Below, piece after piece: positions 20,439 to 31,173 of a stretch of 64,000 bases of DNA. The translations under genes were made by a program, and so were the position numbers. Source of the DNA: an uncultured Gammaproteobacteria bacterium (GTDB taxonomy: Bacteria; Patescibacteriota; Microgenomatia; JALYQM01). The stretch is from the NCBI GenBank assembly GCA_964535655.1, contig CAZHTP010000006.1:1532-65531 (forward strand), in the 5' to 3' direction. Each line of letters opens with the position of its first letter. Position 1 is the first letter of the stretch. The notes under the pieces were generated by a model. It did not search any database. It saw only the letters and a list, made by a program, of their open reading frames with translations, and was not told where the DNA came from.

Positions 20439-20996
20439 TCAACCCAATTTCAATCGAGCAACAAGATCATCAACCTTCTCTTTTATTAACTCAAATGTAT
20501 TTTGGCTAATCCTTACCGCCTCAAGAGTCTCTTCAATTTCTAATGTTCGCAGCTCATCTAAATCTGGTACATTCCAAATTTCAAATTTCTCAAGCGAAAA
20601 ACCACACTGCTCAACAGCATACCGGTAATGCATCTCAGCCATAAAAACAACATAATCAACATTTTCAAAAGACCTCTCAGAAGTCTGATTCCAATATACC
20701 GATTGATACGGAACTAAATTACTTGCTTCAATAATTCGTTGAGTATACCAACAAACTGGACCACAGGTATTATCCGATGCCTCAGTTCCACTCGAAGAAA
20801 CTTCAACATCCAATTTTTTAGAATTAAGATACGCCTCAGCTAATCTACTTCTATAAACATTCCCTGTACACACAAAATGGATTCTCATCTCCCGGCAATG
20901 ACAATACTGAGCATGTTCAACATGCCAGGCAATTCGCTGTTCTGTTGTAGGATTTTTAGGCATTCTGTTCTTTTCGTGCCATTCCTTAGTAATCAT
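20439..20996 (-). CDS. Low-molecular-weight protein tyrosine phosphatase / ArsC-like arsenate reductase
   Basis: CX5R P-loop in VCTGNVYRS. Terminator hairpin cccgagcataagttgctcggg at 20383. Confidence 0.7.
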   Translation of the reverse strand: MITKEWHEKNRMPKNPTTEQRIAWHVEHAQYCHCREMRIHFVCTGNVYRSRLAEAYLNSKKLDVEVSSSGTEASDNTCGPVCWYTQRIIEASNLVPYQSVYWNQTSERSFENVDYVVFMAEMHYRYAVEQCGFSLEKFEIWNVPDLDELRTLEIEETLEAVRISQNTFELIKEKVDDLVARLKLG

Positions 20997-21008
20997 AAAA
21001 CCATCATT

Positions 21009-21745
21009 CTAAGATTGGAGTAAGTTATGCCAATCTTCAAAAAATTTAGCTAGTCCTTTATCGGTGAGCCTATGAGAAATAGTAAAAGATTGCCACTCAG
21101 CAGAAAGAGCAACTTTTTCGTATGCAATTTTTTTCAATTCAGAATTTTCCTTTCCACCATGTACAGGCATTCCCTGCTCCTGCCAATTCTTAAGTACATT
21201 TAAGGGAACAGTAACACACCGTTCTCACCAATATCATCAAGCCGCCCTATAAACGGTGACAAAAATACGTCTCCCCTATCAGCACCGCCAGTTGCAGCAT
21301 ACACAGCTGCTCCTTGTCGCTGCGAAAAAACCAAGGTCATATTGACGCGCATTTTCTCAGCAATACTTTTCTCAGCAGCTGTAAGTCCAGCAGCGATCGC
21401 AGGATATTTAACATGTGCATTTGGGATCCATTGAAAAAATTCTGCGCCCTGATAAAACAACAGGTCAGCGCTTGAAGAACTATCGGCATCAACTTCAATT
21501 GAAACCGATCCATTAGGAATAAGTCTTGAGATTTCAGTCACAATCTCTTTATACAAAGCAAGAATTTCTTCCTTGGAGTACTTTTTTCCATCAGCTCGAG
21601 CTGCCACAATTTCCGGGTGTTTAACCACCAAACTAGGATTCGTTGTTTGACCATCTAAAAATCCTAACAGTTGCAAAGCTTCTTTGGTACCTGCAGGGTT
21701 GCCACTATCCAAAAATATTTTAGTGGTAAGCGCAGCAGGTCGCAT
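21009..21745 (-). pseudogene. tal: Transaldolase/fructose-6-phosphate aldolase family gene interrupted by a -1 frameshift near 21200
   Basis: N-terminal part (21200-21745) matches FLDSGN...GQTTNPSLV and SPFIGRLDDIGENG. The C-terminal part ...HRLTDKGLAKFFEDWHNLL is in another frame (about 21009-21215). Confidence 0.6.
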
Positions 21746-21996
21746 TACTCAGTCCTTTCTACAGAAATAGTACACTCACCTACTAAAGCAGCAACTGCAC
21801 CAATAGCGGCAAGTACAGGAGCAACCACGGCTCCAACGACTCCAAAAGTAAGAGGAAAACTCATTAAAACTTTATCATCCCTGTCTTTTATGGTTATTTT
21901 CCGCGCATTCCCTTCAGCAATAATTTCTTTTACCTTCTTCAATAAATTCTCACCAGATACTTTAAACTCCTCAGTTTTTTTTATTTCTTCAGACAT
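21745..21996 (-). CDS. DUF4342 family small protein
   Basis: VKEIIAEGNARKITIKD...PLTFGVVGAVVAPVLAAIGAVAALV pattern. Confidence 0.55.
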   Translation of the reverse strand: MSEEIKKTEEFKVSGENLLKKVKEIIAEGNARKITIKDRDDKVLMSFPLTFGVVGAVVAPVLAAIGAVAALVGECTISVERTE

Positions 21997-22059
21997 ATAG
22001 CCTCCTTAATTATACCCACAGTATAATACATTTATGCAAAAAATTCTTCTCGCATTCTT

Positions 22060-22785
22060 TCACCCCAACGATGATGCTTTCAATTTTTTAATCTCCACTT
22101 CACTTAACATCCTCCACGCTCCATCCTTCAAGTCCCCTAGCCTAACCTCACCAATCGCAACTCTTATCAATCGTACAACATGCAAATGCAACGCCGCACA
22201 CATCCGCCGAATCTCACGCTTCTTCCCTTCCAGTAACACCACTTCAATCCACACACCAAAAGAGCCGTGAGACAATACTTGCGTAGATAATGCTTTTGCA
22301 TACCCATCTTCAAGAAGCACTCCCGATTTCATTTTATTTAACGCTTCAGGAATAGCTTTACCAACAACAAGCACATGATACGTCTTAGGAACCCCGTAGC
22401 GGGGATGCGTTAATTTTAATGATAAATCCCCATCATTAGTTAAAAGAAGTAACCCTTCAGAATCCTTATCTAACCGACCAACTGGATAAACGCGCTCTTT
22501 GGTGGAGAACAAATCAAGCACCGTTTTATCAGCAAAAACATCCTTCACTGTCGAAACATAATCAACCGGTTTATTCACAGCCACATAAATCAATTTCTTT
22601 TCGGCAAGACCTATCTGAACCCCGCGAACTTTTACTACTGCGACATCCGGGTCAATTTGCATCCCGAGTTCGCGCAAGATATGCCCGTTAACGGTAACAA
22701 CTCCTTCCGCAATCAAAGCATCAGCACCCCGCCGCGAAGTTACGCCGCAATCTGCAATATATTTATTAATTCGTACCTTAGCCAT
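22060..22785 (-). CDS. rRNA pseudouridine synthase (RsuA/RluB family)
   Basis: S4 domain at the N-terminus. Catalytic motif VYPVGRLDKDSEGLLLLTNDG. Confidence 0.85.
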   Translation of the reverse strand: MAKVRINKYIADCGVTSRRGADALIAEGVVTVNGHILRELGMQIDPDVAVVKVRGVQIGLAEKKLIYVAVNKPVDYVSTVKDVFADKTVLDLFSTKERVYPVGRLDKDSEGLLLLTNDGDLSLKLTHPRYGVPKTYHVLVVGKAIPEALNKMKSGVLLEDGYAKALSTQVLSHGSFGVWIEVVLLEGKKREIRRMCAALHLHVVRLIRVAIGEVRLGDLKDGAWRMLSEVEIKKLKASSLG

Positions 22786-22835
22786 ATGTATAGTATAACT
22801 TATCCAAACCTATCCAATATGATACTATAAATACC

Positions 22836-23534
22836 ATGCTGTTTGCTTTAGTTATGACAGTGTTTTCATATTTCTCACAAGCGCATACTTCTACTACGCT
22901 ACTCTCACCGGTACCCGATGATACTTTATCACCTCAAATATTGGGAACATCAACAAACCCTACCCCCTCACCTTTACCAACAGATAGCCCAGTCGCGGCA
23001 CCATCATCAACACCGTTAGCATTAAACATCATAGCCTCCAGTCAGTCACCTTCACCTCCCAACACGCCATTCACTACAACAGAACCTGCAATAATGCCTT
23101 CACCAACAATACAAAACACCGCGGAGCCAACACCATCAGCATTACCATCTGCTTCTCAAGCAAAAACAAATGGACCCACTCCTATCAATACAGTTACTCC
23201 ATCAGCTTCCCCCACACCTTCAGTAAGTCCAACCACTAAGCCGCTCACCGCAAGCGAAATCGATACTCTTTTCACTGAATATGGCCAAAAATATGGAGTA
23301 GATAAAGATCAACTGAAAAGAATTGCCAAATGCGAGTCAGGATTAAATCCTAAGGCTACGAATTTATACTACGGAGGGCTATTCCAATTTTCAGCAGGGT
23401 CGTGGAAAGAATATCGAAGATTAATGGGTAAAGGTACCGATCCAGATCTACGATTCGACCCAGAAGCAGCAATAAATACAGCAGCCTATCTCATTTCAAC
23501 AGGCCACGCATCAGCATGGCCAAACTGCAAATAA
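22836..23534 (+). CDS. Secreted Pro/Thr/Ser-rich protein with C-terminal Rpf-like transglycosylase domain
   Basis: Signal peptide, PT-rich linker, CESGLNP...YYGGLFQFS...AWPNC. Confidence 0.65.
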   Translation: MLFALVMTVFSYFSQAHTSTTLLSPVPDDTLSPQILGTSTNPTPSPLPTDSPVAAPSSTPLALNIIASSQSPSPPNTPFTTTEPAIMPSPTIQNTAEPTPSALPSASQAKTNGPTPINTVTPSASPTPSVSPTTKPLTASEIDTLFTEYGQKYGVDKDQLKRIAKCESGLNPKATNLYYGGLFQFSAGSWKEYRRLMGKGTDPDLRFDPEAAINTAAYLISTGHASAWPNCK

Positions 23535-23538
23535 CTTA

Positions 23539-23751
23539 TTACTTTGTTCCACACACCTTACAATCAGCTTTATGTGTAGCCATAATATACACCGCACAAA
23601 CGCCTACTACCACATATACTATTTTGGTGATTACAGAAGCACCAAATAATAACTCAACGAGGTTAAGATTGAGTAATCCAACCAACCCCCAATTAACAGC
23701 TCCCACAATAACAAGTAAAAACGCAACCATATGAACCATTTTCATATTCAT
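23539..23751 (-). CDS. DUF378 family membrane protein
   Basis: VGAVNWGLVGL...VYVVVGVCAVY motif. Confidence 0.6.
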   Translation of the reverse strand: MNMKMVHMVAFLLVIVGAVNWGLVGLLNLNLVELLFGASVITKIVYVVVGVCAVYIMATHKADCKVCGTK

Positions 23752-24113
23752 AAAAGCACCTCCTTAAATTAAGGTTAGGCGCTACATTGTGCAATTGCAA
23801 TAAGGAAAAAATCAAACAACCCGCTCTTCTTCACCATCTTTAAGGACATACAATTTCTTCCAGTACAACAAATAACCACACGCTCCTCCCTCAACCCAAA
23901 CAATATCCCTTCCTGCTAAGTTCGCTCGGGCCTGCTCTTCTGAGCAATATTCCAATTCACAAACGGTAACACGGCACCACAATTTTGCAGCAAACTCCAT
24001 GCTCCTCCTTCTTTCCACCTACCCCATTCCTCGCCAATTAAAAACAGTACAGCATTGGTATAACATAAAACACGTATCCATATTTTCAATACAAATTGTA
24101 AAATAAAAACAAA

Positions 24114-25670
24114 ATGAATCGCTACACAGAAAAAATGATAAAATACTGTAAAGAAAATAAATATACAGTTGTTATATTTCTCATCCTCATATTTGCTGCA
24201 TTCCTGCGTTTTTATAACTTTCAAAATCACTGGGGAATCGGTAACGACGACACTCGAGATATTTCCATTGCCAAAGAAGCGCTTAAGAGGCACGAACTCC
24301 CACTCATCGGTTCTTTTAGTTCCGCCGGACCGTTTGTCTTTGGCCCTCTATTCTACTGGACTATTATGTTAAGCTTAGTGCTATTTCCTTTCACCATTAT
24401 AGCGCCCTGGATATTTATGGGAATTTTCGGAATGATCACGGTGGCAATACTTATCTATTGCGGGAAATTATTGGGAGGGAAACAATTAGCAGTGCTAACC
24501 GCCCTTTTTGCAGCAACTTCACCCCAACTCGTAATTCGATCATTAACTTTAGGGCAACACTCGTATGTAGCCTTCGCCACCGCCTTACTTTTACTAAGCT
24601 TCATTCTCCTATGGCAACAACAACAAGCACGCTTTGCTTTTTTAATGGGAATTGCGATAGGTATAGCAATAAGCATGCATTACCAGGCTCTTAACTTAGT
24701 GCTCTTTTTCCCATCCGTACTATTCATTCCTAAAACAACGATCAAAAAGAAAATACTCTTTCTAGTGAACATAAGTTTCGGATTTTTAATCCCCTCACTC
24801 CCGCTCATTATTTGGGATGCTCAGCAACAGTTTGCTAATGTCCGCAATATTCTAGATTATTTCTTAATTGGTCAATACCGCTTCTATGTACCTAATAGTT
24901 GGAAATTATTCCTATTCACGTCATTTCCCAAATATTGGTCGTTTGTAATTGGTGGATACCCTATTCTCGGATTAATCCTAATGTTTGTTACCGCCCTTGT
25001 TTTAGCAGTAGCAATAGCTAAGAAAAAAATCCCGGGAGTTCTCATTGCCGCAGGCGCCATTTTTGCAATACTCTTTGTTCTCAACAGATACTATAAAGGT
25101 GAACGATCAGAAGGCTATCTAGTATACTTCCTTCCCTTTATTCTAATTTTTACCATCTACACTATGTACCTTTTATTGTTCAACGAAGCACTCTCTCCTC
25201 GTCTTCGCGTAATCTTGCAAACAACAGGAGTAATGCTTGCAGCAGCGATCTTTATTGGCAATATGAATGAATACAGAAAATATAGCCAGTACATTTCACC
25301 AACCCTCAAAGCGATTTCAGGATCAAAAGCCCTAATAAAAAAATACCCGAACACCAAATTTTCTGTTTTCGATTACAAAGCTCACTATTCGTACCATAGC
25401 CAACCTTTAAGCTTCTTTCTCCAACACGAAGGCAAGATTGATCCCAATGGTATGAAGGTAGGTTTTTCTTGCAATGAACAATGCAATCAAAACTTCCCTG
25501 AGCTAACAACCTTCGTCGATCGCCCTATCCTCGATCTCTCCTCAGAGCCAGAACTTACTCAAAAAAACAACTGGGTCAATGTCAATCAAAAAAGCATGTA
25601 TGACGATCTAATCGGCTGGTCCAAAAAACACCAATTAAAATCCAATCATAAAGTCTTCAATAAATTTTAG
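24114..25670 (+). CDS. GT-C fold membrane glycosyltransferase (PMT/ArnT/GT39-like)
   Basis: About 12 N-terminal TM helices plus a C-terminal soluble domain. 518 aa. Confidence 0.5.
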   Translation: MNRYTEKMIKYCKENKYTVVIFLILIFAAFLRFYNFQNHWGIGNDDTRDISIAKEALKRHELPLIGSFSSAGPFVFGPLFYWTIMLSLVLFPFTIIAPWIFMGIFGMITVAILIYCGKLLGGKQLAVLTALFAATSPQLVIRSLTLGQHSYVAFATALLLLSFILLWQQQQARFAFLMGIAIGIAISMHYQALNLVLFFPSVLFIPKTTIKKKILFLVNISFGFLIPSLPLIIWDAQQQFANVRNILDYFLIGQYRFYVPNSWKLFLFTSFPKYWSFVIGGYPILGLILMFVTALVLAVAIAKKKIPGVLIAAGAIFAILFVLNRYYKGERSEGYLVYFLPFILIFTIYTMYLLLFNEALSPRLRVILQTTGVMLAAAIFIGNMNEYRKYSQYISPTLKAISGSKALIKKYPNTKFSVFDYKAHYSYHSQPLSFFLQHEGKIDPNGMKVGFSCNEQCNQNFPELTTFVDRPILDLSSEPELTQKNNWVNVNQKSMYDDLIGWSKKHQLKSNHKVFNKF

Positions 25671-25678
25671 TTACCTAA

Positions 25679-28600
25679 TTACTTTATTCGTCGCACATTG
25701 AGGCGAGAATGTAAAGGAGAATTCGCCTCCACAACAATAACCCTTTTATCAATAAGCATTTGTTTATAAGCAGACTTCTCAATCATTAGCCTCATCGCAG
25801 ACAGGCAAGTTACAACTTTTTTATACTCCATCCCCACCTCCGAAGCGATCTCTCTCTCAGACAGTCGATCAATCTGCTCTCCGTCCTCAGTAAGCCCATT
25901 GAACAATAAATAAACTCGAAGGTTTTCTCGGGCTCTACTTCGCAATGAGTCAAATAATTCTTTCGTCATAACACTTCTAGAAACACTGTCCGTAATTCCC
26001 CGTAATGAAAGATACGTTAAAACACTATACACTTGCCGCCAGTTATTATCTTCAAAAGGGCCATCTGGCGCATGCAACAATAGTTTTCCATTATCAATAA
26101 TAAATGGATAAATTTCCGTCGATTCTCTTTCCTGTCGCTCTTCCCGTGCTAAAATCGAATTATCTTCAATCATAAGTGACCCAGGCGAGTATTCTATAGT
26201 AACTGGAAAACACAAAGAAGAAACCATACCAGCAGGCACAAAAATCTTATTCTGCGCTCGCACTTCCTCCATCTGTGCCCTGAGGTTTATATTCACTTCA
26301 TCAGTAGAGATTTTAAATCGACTTGCAATCTCACCTACACTCCATCTCCGGTTATTAATATACCCATGAGCAAGCAGCCACATTTCGTACCGAAACATAA
26401 TTTTCTCATCTAAAAAGGAACTCGGCATTATCAAGAAAGGAGACTGACTCTCTTGTCCGTCTCTACTATCCAGAAACTCATTCACCTTTTGACCCAATTC
26501 GAAAGGCACCACCACTCGCTTCAAAACACGCATTGGAGATTCAACACTCTTAATCCTATGACGAATCTTGAAGGTTTCAAGGTCTGGAAATTTAGATTGC
26601 AACTGGGAAGCACTATAATAATGACCATCAACAAATCCATTTTGCCATAACCACAGCGTTCGCTTCGATGCATACATTAAGTACGCCAAGTCTCCTCCAT
26701 TTTTTAACTTATATTGTTCGCGCTCCCCCTCAGTTTCAAATTCTACCGTAATACCTTTATACTTCCTCGGCAGAAATCGCGGCTCTTCTCTTTCTTTCGT
26801 CTTTCCAGTAATCCATTTAGTCGTAACACTCTCAACCAAGCTTAAGTTCTCAGGCGTAATTTCTATATCTACTCCTTCTGCTGAGTTTCCCAAAGCTGAA
26901 ACAATCGAAAATCCCAAAGGTATAGCCAAACGAGTAGCATCAAAAGTGACTAAGGCCGCGCGCATAGCACGCATAAAATACGGCAAGTCCTTTCCAGCCA
27001 AGTTTAAGTAGCCTTGCCTAAATTGCTCAAGAGCAACACCTGTTAATTCCGACTCATAAATCCGTACTCCACCCAATTTGTCAAAATAAGGAAATACCAC
27101 CTCTCGAATCAGTTGTGCAACATTAACGTTGTCATCCCGCACACCACCCCCTAGGCGATTTGCATATGCCGGACTAAATACGTGGGTTTTCGGATTAAAA
27201 ACGACAGATATCTGTACACCATCATCATCAATATTTTTAAGCGAAAATAAATCTTCACGGGAGACTACTGAGTAAACAGACTCCCCGCCCCCTAGTTCAA
27301 TTTCCAAAGAACCAGCCCCCAGTGCATCTCTAACCTGCTGTACTAAGTCTTTAGGCACAGGTAAATTACCTCTATCTTTCGCTAAAACACCTACTCCAGA
27401 TACACCGATCTTCTCATTTTTCAATACACTCGCCCGAGGTAGTGCTACCGTCGGGGTCTTTATCGCGGCATTAAGTTGCTTTTTCTCTTCTACTCCGTAA
27501 GCCGTTTCAACTACACGCCTATTTTCCACCACTGGTTTTAAAGCGCCACCAACATCATCAGTGGCTTGAGCAATTTTTTTATCCAAAGCAGCAGGCAGTT
27601 CACCAAGCCTTCCATACAAGACACTAAAGATAACATGATTCCAAACAGCAGGGTTGTAAGAAAAATTCTCTGAAGTAGCTTGAATTGAAGTAAGTACTTC
27701 ATTAATCATCACGGCAGAATTATATTTCTTCCCTCGATTAGGCAAAACACGCAGTAGCTTTTCAGTAATATACTGTACTGCTAAAACTGAACCATACGCA
27801 TCAGCAGCCGAAAAGGTCTGAGATACTAACCACTGCAGACATTCACGTAAGGCGACTCTGCTTTCATTTGTCGAAAGCAATGCTCCTTCATCTCCATAAA
27901 GGTTAATTATTTCACGATAACGCTCCAAGGCTTTTAAAGCACTCGCAGAGGATAAACTACGAAGATCATCAACAATACTTCCCAGTACAGAATCAACCGT
28001 AGGAGCTGTTGTAGTTTTCTCACCACTCTGAAGAAACCTAACCGAGTGATGTGCAACATTCCGCCTCCAAGAAGAAACATTGCCAGTAATTTCAAAGCTC
28101 GCATCAACTCCACTAAACATTCGATCAAACCGCTCCCCTAACGCCCCTTTACAATCAGAACGTGACACTGTCGGCACAATAACTGTAACTGGCTCAGATC
28201 CAGTCCCAATTGGACGATATGCCCGCGCAATAGCCTGAGGGATATCAGCCGGATTAAAAGGAGGATGCAATAGCACTATGTATATATTTAACCCTTCTGC
28301 ATTAAAGGTAAAAGAATTTGCCCCAGTAAGAAATGTAGTCCCAAGTGTTTGGCCATTTGCTAAAAAATCTACTGTCGCAGTATGTTGGTTAAGAGTTCTA
28401 GCATACAAAGTATCTGCTCGAATTCCTTGAAACTGCAACTTATCTTGCAAAGCAAGTAAACTCGCTTCACCATAACCAGTATCTCGATCAACATACGGTG
28501 AAAAAAATAGTATCCGCGCGCGAGGATCCAAAAGCACTCGTGGTGCAAGCATTGTTGCAGCCCACTCAGTTACTATCTCCGCTTCCTGCTGTAATGCAGA

Positions 28601-29539
28601 ATCGGTCACTTGTCGAAGGGGAGGCAAGGTGGTTTGAATATCATACAATTGGGTAGATATTGGGGGCATATCAAAAAATTGCTCACTGGACCGGCTAACA
28701 ACGGGAACTGTCGGAGTTCGCCAAACACTTGCCCAATCTCCTAGCTCACTCAAGTCATACACAACCGGTGTCGCGCTCAGCAGCAAGCCTCTTGCCCCTC
28801 GTTCGCTTAGTTTAGAAGAAAGCGCTCTAACACTTTTTGTCCTCACAGCAAGATCATCACCCGCCCCCTTAAGTTCATGCGATTCATCAACAACCACAAC
28901 ATGTTGACCAATACCTTTCCCGCCACCATCAAGTGATTCTAAAAATCGACTTTGCACAACCGCAGTAAAGGGGCACATAATAATATCAGCTTTGGTTCCC
29001 TGAAGTCTTTTTAATTTACCCGCAGTGCTTTCTGTTTCTCCGTTTGGCACATCCCATACGAATATGCGCTCACGATTAACCCCAGCAGAAACCAAATCTT
29101 CATATGCTCGAGAAAGCGGCTTATTTTCAGCCAAAAATAGCATTTTGGAGTTCGTCTCTTCGCCAGCATGCGCCTTCCACCCATAAAAGGCAAGTAAAGC
29201 CGTATAAGTCTTACCCATGCCATAATCATCAAATAACCCAACCAATCTACGCGATTCCCAGGCACAAACAATATCATAAGCCCCCATAACTTGCGAAGCA
29301 AAGGGGACTCTGCGCGCTAAGTCGCGCGATCGCAACGGCCTCAAAGATTCATAAAACCGCGCAATTTCTCGGTATCTTGAGATTTCAGAATTTGTGCCTA
29401 CTAAACCCGTAGCGGCTTTCACAAATTCTCTTGACGATCTGAACTCATTATTAGTGATAGCAGCCAAAGAACTATCCGTCAAAGGATTACCAACGCGCAC
29501 ACAAATCTCGACACTCCCAGCATGATTTTCCTGAATCAT
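25679..29539 (-). CDS. Large SF2 (SNF2/DExH-like) helicase with extended unknown C-terminal region ending in a sigma-70 region-4-like HTH
   Basis: Walker A GMGKTYTALLA, DESH box, SAT motif III, motif VI QAIARAYR. C-terminal LSEREIASEVGMEYKKVVTCLSAMRLMIEK. Confidence 0.75.
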   Translation of the reverse strand: MIQENHAGSVEICVRVGNPLTDSSLAAITNNEFRSSREFVKAATGLVGTNSEISRYREIARFYESLRPLRSRDLARRVPFASQVMGAYDIVCAWESRRLVGLFDDYGMGKTYTALLAFYGWKAHAGEETNSKMLFLAENKPLSRAYEDLVSAGVNRERIFVWDVPNGETESTAGKLKRLQGTKADIIMCPFTAVVQSRFLESLDGGGKGIGQHVVVVDESHELKGAGDDLAVRTKSVRALSSKLSERGARGLLLSATPVVYDLSELGDWASVWRTPTVPVVSRSSEQFFDMPPISTQLYDIQTTLPPLRQVTDSALQQEAEIVTEWAATMLAPRVLLDPRARILFFSPYVDRDTGYGEASLLALQDKLQFQGIRADTLYARTLNQHTATVDFLANGQTLGTTFLTGANSFTFNAEGLNIYIVLLHPPFNPADIPQAIARAYRPIGTGSEPVTVIVPTVSRSDCKGALGERFDRMFSGVDASFEITGNVSSWRRNVAHHSVRFLQSGEKTTTAPTVDSVLGSIVDDLRSLSSASALKALERYREIINLYGDEGALLSTNESRVALRECLQWLVSQTFSAADAYGSVLAVQYITEKLLRVLPNRGKKYNSAVMINEVLTSIQATSENFSYNPAVWNHVIFSVLYGRLGELPAALDKKIAQATDDVGGALKPVVENRRVVETAYGVEEKKQLNAAIKTPTVALPRASVLKNEKIGVSGVGVLAKDRGNLPVPKDLVQQVRDALGAGSLEIELGGGESVYSVVSREDLFSLKNIDDDGVQISVVFNPKTHVFSPAYANRLGGGVRDDNVNVAQLIREVVFPYFDKLGGVRIYESELTGVALEQFRQGYLNLAGKDLPYFMRAMRAALVTFDATRLAIPLGFSIVSALGNSAEGVDIEITPENLSLVESVTTKWITGKTKEREEPRFLPRKYKGITVEFETEGEREQYKLKNGGDLAYLMYASKRTLWLWQNGFVDGHYYSASQLQSKFPDLETFKIRHRIKSVESPMRVLKRVVVPFELGQKVNEFLDSRDGQESQSPFLIMPSSFLDEKIMFRYEMWLLAHGYINNRRWSVGEIASRFKISTDEVNINLRAQMEEVRAQNKIFVPAGMVSSLCFPVTIEYSPGSLMIEDNSILAREERQERESTEIYPFIIDNGKLLLHAPDGPFEDNNWRQVYSVLTYLSLRGITDSVSRSVMTKELFDSLRSRARENLRVYLLFNGLTEDGEQIDRLSEREIASEVGMEYKKVVTCLSAMRLMIEKSAYKQMLIDKRVIVVEANSPLHSRLNVRRIK

Positions 29540-29583
29540 GTCCTATAGTATATCAAATTGGGTTTCGCATGACAACATTCAGC

Positions 29584-29943
29584 TCAACTTTTCTCCCACG
29601 GACTCATCAATTGAAAATAGTTCCCATCAGGGTCAGAAAAAGTAGCAATCCAACCTGGACCCATTTCATAAGGCTTCGCAACAACAGTTGCCCCTAATCC
29701 TTTTATTCTCTCAAATTCTTCCTTCACTTCCTGAGTTTCGAAATTAAACAGTAAACGCTGTGGCTCAGTAGCTTTATCTTTCACCTCTGAATGGGCGCCT
29801 ATACCAATAAAGCATTTTCCTACCTGCCAACCATACCAATTGTCTTCTACCATGTCAGCAGGCCGCCCAATCACGTTACGATAAAACTCAGCCATAACGT
29901 CAACTTGTGATGTTCCAATCATTATAGAATTTAAATTTAACAT
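29584..29943 (-). CDS. VOC (glyoxalase/bleomycin-resistance fold) family protein
   Basis: 119-aa single VOC module pattern. Confidence 0.55.
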   Translation of the reverse strand: MLNLNSIMIGTSQVDVMAEFYRNVIGRPADMVEDNWYGWQVGKCFIGIGAHSEVKDKATEPQRLLFNFETQEVKEEFERIKGLGATVVAKPYEMGPGWIATFSDPDGNYFQLMSPWEKS

Positions 29944-30059
29944 TGTGAATCTCCTTTATATAGTCACACTATCAAGTAATACTACTTTACACTCTCCAAT
30001 TATACCGCATTATATGATAATCTACCCTCGCTTTTAAAATAGACAAGGAAAGAACAAAA

Positions 30060-31152
30060 ATGAAAAACACTCAAATTGCTATTATTGGATTAGGATACGT
30101 CGGCCTTCCTCTTGCGCTACTTGCAACAAAAAAAAGATATAGCGTTACTGGGATAGATTTAGATTCTCAAAAAGTGCGAAAAATTAATAATAAGATCTCT
30201 CCTTTCAAAGACGAAGAGATTCAAACCAACCTTACTAAATATCCTTTTACAGCATCAACAAATACCAATTCTCGAAAAAAAATCTAAGCTAAAAGCAGGA
30301 AAAGATTTCTACATAGCTCATTGCCCGGAACGCATTGACCCAGGAAACAAAAAATGGAATGTTGAAAACATTAACCGCATTGTCGGAGGATATGATACTA
30401 TCTCAACTCAAAAAGCAGCACAGTTTTATCGCTCAATCATTACTGGACAAGTTACAGAAATGAGTTCTCTCAAAGAAGCAGAAGCGGTAAAAGTAGTAGA
30501 AAATTCATTCAGAGATGTTAATATAGCCTTTGTAAATGAATTAGCTCAATCCTTTCACGAAATGGGGATCGATGTTGTTAATGTTATTAACGGCGCAGCA
30601 ACCAAACCATTCGCCTTTATGCCCCACTATCCAGGCTGTGGTGTAGGAGGTCACTGTATTCCAGTTGATCCCTATTACCTCATTGAAGAGGCCAGGAAAA
30701 AAGGCTTTGAACATGATTTTCTACGTCTCGCGCGCAGAATTAACAGTAATATGCCGCATTACACTATCAAGATACTCAAAGAAGGATTAAATCAAATTCA
30801 AAAATCCGTATCAGGAACTAAAATAGCAATCCTAGGTGTTTCCTATAAAGCAAATATTGACGATTGTCGCGAAAGCCCCTCCTTTGAAATTATAAAATTG
30901 ATTAATACTTTGGGAGCAATAACTAAAGTATACGATCCATATGTACCGCAACACTCTACAGTTAACACTCTCTCAGAGGCACTTAACGACTGTGAAGCCA
31001 TTGTTCTAACAACAGCACATAATGAATTTAAAGAGCTAACCGTGGCTGAGCTTCACAATAAGGGAATAAGGTTAGTTATCGATGGGCGGAATTGTTTGGA
31101 CAAAACGACGTATCTATCGGCTGGAATCGAATATCGAGGAATCGGCTGCTAA
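30060..31152 (+). pseudogene. UDP-glucose/GDP-mannose 6-dehydrogenase family gene split by a frameshift inside an A8 homopolymer (30275-30282)
   Basis: N-terminus GLGYVGLPLA (frame 0). Middle AHCPERIDPGN...NRIVGGYD and C-terminus GCGVGGHCIPVDPYYL in frame +1. Removing one A restores the frame. Confidence 0.65.
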
Positions 31153-31173
31153 CTCTACGTAGGCGACTGTATA

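Noticed and set aside
23812-24293. Small ORFs 23812-24018 and 23916-24293 between DUF378 and the GT-C gene
   Set aside because: Mutually overlapping and AT-rich, without RBS or domain support. Probably promoter region.
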